From positions 1-64,000 of the IMG/VR virus record IMGVR_UViG_3300031463_000004: a stretch of DNA of 64,000 nucleotides. One strand, given 5' to 3'. Position 1 is the stretch's first letter; every line of letters begins with the position of its first letter. The notes under the pieces were generated by a model. That model ran no database searches, was not told where the DNA came from, and was given only the letters and a program-made list of their open reading frames with translations. Shown one piece after another: positions 59,593-64,000 of this stretch. Both the position numbers and the translations under genes were made by a program. This stretch comes from a virus.

Positions 59593-60960
59593 TTACGTCG
59601 CCTTCGTTTTCGTCGTCAAAACACCTTCGGGTGCCGGGCCTGACACTGGGCCTGATACTCCGTCTCCTTCCTTTACTCCAGTATGGGTGTGGGACATGAA
59701 TACAGGAATGAAGGTTTCGAGGAGCAATCGTAGTGTGGCTGTGTCATCACCAAGACGTACATCGGGGGCAGAAACAATAGAAGTCCCGATGGATTCTAAT
59801 CTAGATGTCTTGTCCCCGGACACAACGCTTTCTAGGGCAGATGAAACCCGCACGTCTTTATCCGCCCCGATGGATATCGTTCGGGCGGATATATCCATTT
59901 CCTTCTCTGCGATGACATAGGCTTCTGAACCAGCTGTCAGAAAGACGCGCTTACCAGACCCAACTACAGTGTCTTCCTTTGCCTGTGTGGAGATGGACCC
60001 GGCAGAAGATACGGAGACATTCTGTGCACCTACAACAACATCCCCAGTCTCCAACATGATTTGGAGATTCCCTCCAAGTAACTTCATGAGTACCCCCACT
60101 GTAGCTGTTGGAGGAATCATGAGAACAAGATTTCCCTCATCGTCCATACGTGTGTCCACAAAGAATGAGTTCTGTTCATTGTGTACACGCATACGGAATC
60201 TTAGGTTTCCTGATGTATCTGGGTCTTGTTCTTCAGAACCGGAATCATCTACCACGTGTCCAGCTCGAACATCCATTAGTCTTGGACCGCTAGAGGGGAG
60301 ATCTTCAGATAGACTGGAAGCAGGGTCGCAGGCAACGCTCAGTTCAAAAGCCCGTAACTCCGTACCTCCCTTTGAGATAGGTTTACCGTCGGTCGTGCAT
60401 ACAACTTCTGACTTTCCGATCTTTCTTTTTACAGTTCCTAATTTCGCGTATGTGAGGTCAGAAGCCTGGGGGGATTCCAACGAGATATGCCCGGCTTCAG
60501 CATGCAATTCATGGCTGTCTCTATTGAGCTCAAGGAAGACTGTACCAGCGTGGGAAAGATATCTCCCCATGTTGGTTTCCCAGTGCCCAGCCCTGCCGAT
60601 TGACATTGTGTCGTTCTCTCCCCCAACGAGGGAACGATAGAGAGAGATACCTTCTTTGTAGTTCTGAATGTTCGGCTGCGACGCATTGTCATAGAAGGCT
60701 ATTATCTCGATTAGACCCTGTGGTCTGTAGGATACTAGTACAGGGGTACCTGGTGTTGGGATATGCCGAACCCAATTGGTTCCTTGGACCACTCCAGGAT
60801 TGAGTGTAGCCGTTCTGACACCTCCCAGGTCACTCAGCGTAATCTTGCATTGGTACGTATCCAGGTCTACGGATTCTACAACGCCTACTAGTAATCTGGT
60901 CCCGTACCCTACAGTACTCGAACCCAGTGTTGGCTGTTCTTGGAGATTATATTTCCTCAT
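59593..60960 (-). CDS. Baseplate central spike (gpV/gp5-like)
   Basis: N-terminal OB-like region, beta-helix-like repeats, C-terminal HTH(TG) metal-binding apex motif. Confidence 0.8.
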   Translation of the reverse strand: MRKYNLQEQPTLGSSTVGYGTRLLVGVVESVDLDTYQCKITLSDLGGVRTATLNPGVVQGTNWVRHIPTPGTPVLVSYRPQGLIEIIAFYDNASQPNIQNYKEGISLYRSLVGGENDTMSIGRAGHWETNMGRYLSHAGTVFLELNRDSHELHAEAGHISLESPQASDLTYAKLGTVKRKIGKSEVVCTTDGKPISKGGTELRAFELSVACDPASSLSEDLPSSGPRLMDVRAGHVVDDSGSEEQDPDTSGNLRFRMRVHNEQNSFFVDTRMDDEGNLVLMIPPTATVGVLMKLLGGNLQIMLETGDVVVGAQNVSVSSAGSISTQAKEDTVVGSGKRVFLTAGSEAYVIAEKEMDISARTISIGADKDVRVSSALESVVSGDKTSRLESIGTSIVSAPDVRLGDDTATLRLLLETFIPVFMSHTHTGVKEGDGVSGPVSGPAPEGVLTTKTKAT

Positions 60961-60966
60961 TCTAGC

Positions 60967-63060
60967 CTACCTATACGGTGTAATCTTGATACCAGGACTC
61001 GGAGAGAAATCGTTCGCCGGTGGCGAAGGAGGCCCGGATTTGGACGGAGCCGGAGATGGTGAAGCTTGCTCAGGATGCCCGTCCGAAATATCCTGTTGAG
61101 ATGGTTCTGGGGTTGTCTCAGAGGTGTTATCGACTTCCTGAGATACCGCATCCAATTCATCCGACTCGGTCAATTTACCATACTGTAGTGGCTTCGTCGC
61201 CTCAGATGACCCTATGAGCCGGAACTTGAATCCACCATCCTTTGTTGCTGTTATCATTCTGATATAGTTTAGGTCTACTGACATCGTTGCTTCAGACATA
61301 TATCCGATGTTTGTCTCAACGGATACGATATTCCCTAAGAGTGCCTTATAAGTGACAATATAAGGTCTGTTTGGAAGTACGGCAGGGTCAAGAATTGCCA
61401 TGGACACAGATGCAGATCGGATATCTGATACAGCTCTTGCTGCCATCAGTTTCACGAAGTAAGTTAGGGCCTCCTCCGACCTGAGGAGAGGATTTGAGAC
61501 CTGGAGTACCCGGATACCGAAACGTGGTAGCATATTCGACAGAATTCCATGCGCCTTTCTTATGATCTGTTCTACCTCGGCTGACCCGGGCACTCTCACA
61601 TTGGTGAGACTACCATTCGCGACTATCCATGTGTATGCCAAGTCGTCAGATTCTGTTACGGTTACAGAGGTACCGCCAGCATCGTGGACTAGAGATGTTC
61701 TGCCGTAGTCTCCAAGGTCATACGGGGTCATATCGAAAAATGGGAACTCCGCTACAACATCTCCAGATGGGGTTTCCAGTACTTGGTAATATAGATAGTC
61801 AGCGACGTATTTCTTTATGATATCCAGTCTCGTCTCGAACTCAGATTGCCACGCCCCGACATCTGCAATGGATTTTTCAACGATTCTGTTGTAGTTTTCA
61901 ATGGCCTGGTCTGGGAGGAGTATATGTAAATGCCCCCTGTCTGGGGCGTAGTCACCAGAAAACCCGCCAACAGAAGAAGTAACTTCTCCTTCTGGACCGA
62001 ACCCTGATGACTCTCCTATCCTCACCACGTCCGCGTATGTTAGTTCTGGGTGTATTGCGTCTTGCCAGGCTTGCAATTTGTTCTTATCAAATATCTGGAT
62101 ACCACCATTCCCACTCCCGAGTGTAAACCTGCCAATACCGCGTACGGACGCGGCTCCACCAGTAATTGGAGATGGTCCGTACTTATTCAATTCCGGGCTG
62201 TTCCCTATAACTAAGATGCCGAGCAATTGTGGGAGTGAAAGGTCTGTGAACATGCTGGTCAGACCTTCTGTAAGGAGTATGTCCCCCATTGCGAATTCTG
62301 TATTGTCCAGTACGTCCTCATAGATGCTGATATTCGTAGTGACCCTTGCTAACCTTAAGAGTCTTGTCGCAGCCCCTTCACAATTCAGTGTGATTACAGA
62401 GATACCTGTTGATATGTCATCAGACAGAGATACCATGCGCACATACCCGGTGAAGGCCCTGTACCAAACAGGTTCGGCGCTCGTGTCAGTTATATTGTAC
62501 CGATACGGATGGCGATAGAATATGGTAATCGGGTCCCCAGCACTAAAGACTGGCATACCGAGTGCCAGATCGAATCTAGTGTCTTGCCAATCTGAAGAGT
62601 CAGGATTCTCTGGGAATATGTGGAACAATTCTGGTACCATAACAACTCTTGACTTCCCTATCGCAGAGTTCACAGCATCTTGGCAGATATCCCGCATGGT
62701 CTTCCCATTCGGGCTCTTTGCGACTTGTATTTTGAGCTTATTCTGTAGGATATCTCTTTTCAGGGCTTCTGAATACAATTGGGCATCTGGAGAATCTGGC
62801 TGTACAATACCCTTTAAATCACGTTTTTTGATTGTGAAAACATTGTTCACGTTCTTTATCACAATGGTACTTGAGTTCCCACCATTCTGTAATGGTGCCA
62901 ATCTGGTGCTGACATTGCTCACCCACTTCGTGATGTCCCGTCCGCACACGTAGACACGGACGTCGTTCTCCACGCAGAATACAGAATGCTGCGCACCAGA
63001 TACGTTTCCAGGCCCTGGTATGTACTCCTGATCCGTACTGAGATCCAGAAATCCTGGCAT
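60967..63060 (-). CDS. Baseplate hub-like protein
   Basis: DITKWV, YRAFTGYV, RFGIR; position upstream of spike. Confidence 0.65.
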   Translation of the reverse strand: MPGFLDLSTDQEYIPGPGNVSGAQHSVFCVENDVRVYVCGRDITKWVSNVSTRLAPLQNGGNSSTIVIKNVNNVFTIKKRDLKGIVQPDSPDAQLYSEALKRDILQNKLKIQVAKSPNGKTMRDICQDAVNSAIGKSRVVMVPELFHIFPENPDSSDWQDTRFDLALGMPVFSAGDPITIFYRHPYRYNITDTSAEPVWYRAFTGYVRMVSLSDDISTGISVITLNCEGAATRLLRLARVTTNISIYEDVLDNTEFAMGDILLTEGLTSMFTDLSLPQLLGILVIGNSPELNKYGPSPITGGAASVRGIGRFTLGSGNGGIQIFDKNKLQAWQDAIHPELTYADVVRIGESSGFGPEGEVTSSVGGFSGDYAPDRGHLHILLPDQAIENYNRIVEKSIADVGAWQSEFETRLDIIKKYVADYLYYQVLETPSGDVVAEFPFFDMTPYDLGDYGRTSLVHDAGGTSVTVTESDDLAYTWIVANGSLTNVRVPGSAEVEQIIRKAHGILSNMLPRFGIRVLQVSNPLLRSEEALTYFVKLMAARAVSDIRSASVSMAILDPAVLPNRPYIVTYKALLGNIVSVETNIGYMSEATMSVDLNYIRMITATKDGGFKFRLIGSSEATKPLQYGKLTESDELDAVSQEVDNTSETTPEPSQQDISDGHPEQASPSPAPSKSGPPSPPANDFSPSPGIKITPYR

Positions 63061-63070
63061 TGGTCTACCC

Positions 63071-63763
63071 TTATAGTACCGTGCCTACTTGAGTGGCTAA
63101 TTCACTCAATGCACTAAGAGGGGGTACCATCTTCAACACGACAACGTCTATTGTGTATTCCACATTGAATGGATTTCTTGCCTCCTCTGCAAGGGATAAT
63201 TGATTGAGGAATTTCACTTGCATCTTTACATCTGGGAACAGAATTGTGTGGTAGTCTAGAGTGACAATGTTGGGTTTGCCCGACGTCGTGAACGCTGGGG
63301 TTGCCGTCAGCTCACAGAATCTGTAGAAGACTTGCCGCTTCTGTACAGATGTTATGGATTGAAGTCTCACTGGGCCGGACGTCTTCTGCTTCTGCTCCGC
63401 GAAGAAAGATAGGGGATAGAGACCACCTGTCTGCATTGTGATACTCAGAGTCGGGAGGTCTAGCGAGGACCCATCAGGTGCTTGCCAGTCATAGATGACT
63501 GTCCCGCCAAATGCGTTCGTCCGTGACCTACGGAATGGGATATTCCAACGCACGGAAGCCGGGTTGATAATCTGAACAATCCGATCCTGCCCAGTTTCGT
63601 CCCACTCTGTGCAAGACCACACAAACGAGCTGGAAGACCCGGATTTAGCTCTATCCCCACCAGGGGAAACGGCGTGGTCAGCGGAGAAATCTACGGCTTG
63701 TGCGGCCTCAGAGTCTGAGAGGACCGTTATAGGAGAGTTTGGAGGAATTGGGTCTTCTGGCAT
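63071..63763 (-). CDS. Tail tube initiator-like protein
   Basis: INPASV..RTNAFGG..EEARNPFNVEY pattern; position. Confidence 0.5.
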   Translation of the reverse strand: MPEDPIPPNSPITVLSDSEAAQAVDFSADHAVSPGGDRAKSGSSSSFVWSCTEWDETGQDRIVQIINPASVRWNIPFRRSRTNAFGGTVIYDWQAPDGSSLDLPTLSITMQTGGLYPLSFFAEQKQKTSGPVRLQSITSVQKRQVFYRFCELTATPAFTTSGKPNIVTLDYHTILFPDVKMQVKFLNQLSLAEEARNPFNVEYTIDVVVLKMVPPLSALSELATQVGTVL

Positions 63764-63772
63764 TTCTCAGTC

Positions 63773-64000
63773 CTATTGTGTTACGAGGGAAGGAGATCCA
63801 GTTGGTGTTGGCGGAAATACGTTATTCGTACTCGCCGTCTGGTTTCCAACATCTGTTACATAGATAGTAATCTGTTTTCCAGTAACAGGGTCATATATCT
63901 TCGTGGCTACTTTACCCTTCGTGTCTTTACTACTCGTCTCTGAGAGTTTCTGCAGTATGTAGGACATCCTCTTCTCGTCGTTTCCTACCATATCTCCATA
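63773..64000 (-). CDS. C-terminal end of an upstream tail gene (possibly tape measure), truncated by window
   Basis: Frame open to window edge; position before tube initiator. Confidence 0.4.
   Translation of the reverse strand, partial: YGDMVGNDEKRMSYILQKLSETSSKDTKGKVATKIYDPVTGKQITIYVTDVGNQTASTNNVFPPTPTGSPSLVTQ

Noticed and set aside
1-64000. Alternative genetic code (stop reassignment)
   Set aside because: Conserved genes are full length in the standard code and TAG, TGA and TAA all end genes; no suppressor tRNA seen.

Overview
A 64-kb piece of a large contractile-tailed (myovirus-type) bacteriophage genome. No host housekeeping region is visible. Layout: (i) 1-6.2 kb, + strand: a tandem array of at least three paralogous genes (shared N-terminal domain plus a variable number of 22-aa repeats), then three tRNAs (Arg-UCU, Ile-UAU, Leu-CAA). 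(ii) 6.2-21 kb, mostly - strand: accessory genes (ART-fold protein, zinc deaminase, glycosylase-like protein, HNH, SWIM) and a GC-richer island that looks host-derived. The island has two intact ABC-type ATPases and an intact N6-adenine methyltransferase, separated only by short stumps that look like remains of deleted partner genes. (iii) 21-39.5 kb: recombination/replication module (RecA, Mre11-Rad50 fusion, 5'-3' exonuclease, RecA-like paralog, gp32-like SSB, UvsY-like, UDG-PolA fusion, sigma-like protein, primase, DnaB, DnaC, initiator, SF2 helicase). (iv) 39.5-64 kb: tail/baseplate genes with PKD-rich fibres. Best leads: the apparently disarmed defence island; the mosaic repeat-protein array with a palindrome at gene junctions; and a W-[IL]-x-G terminal motif shared by unrelated accessory proteins, a possible virion-packaging signal. 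All family calls come from motif recognition by eye; no database searches were run.
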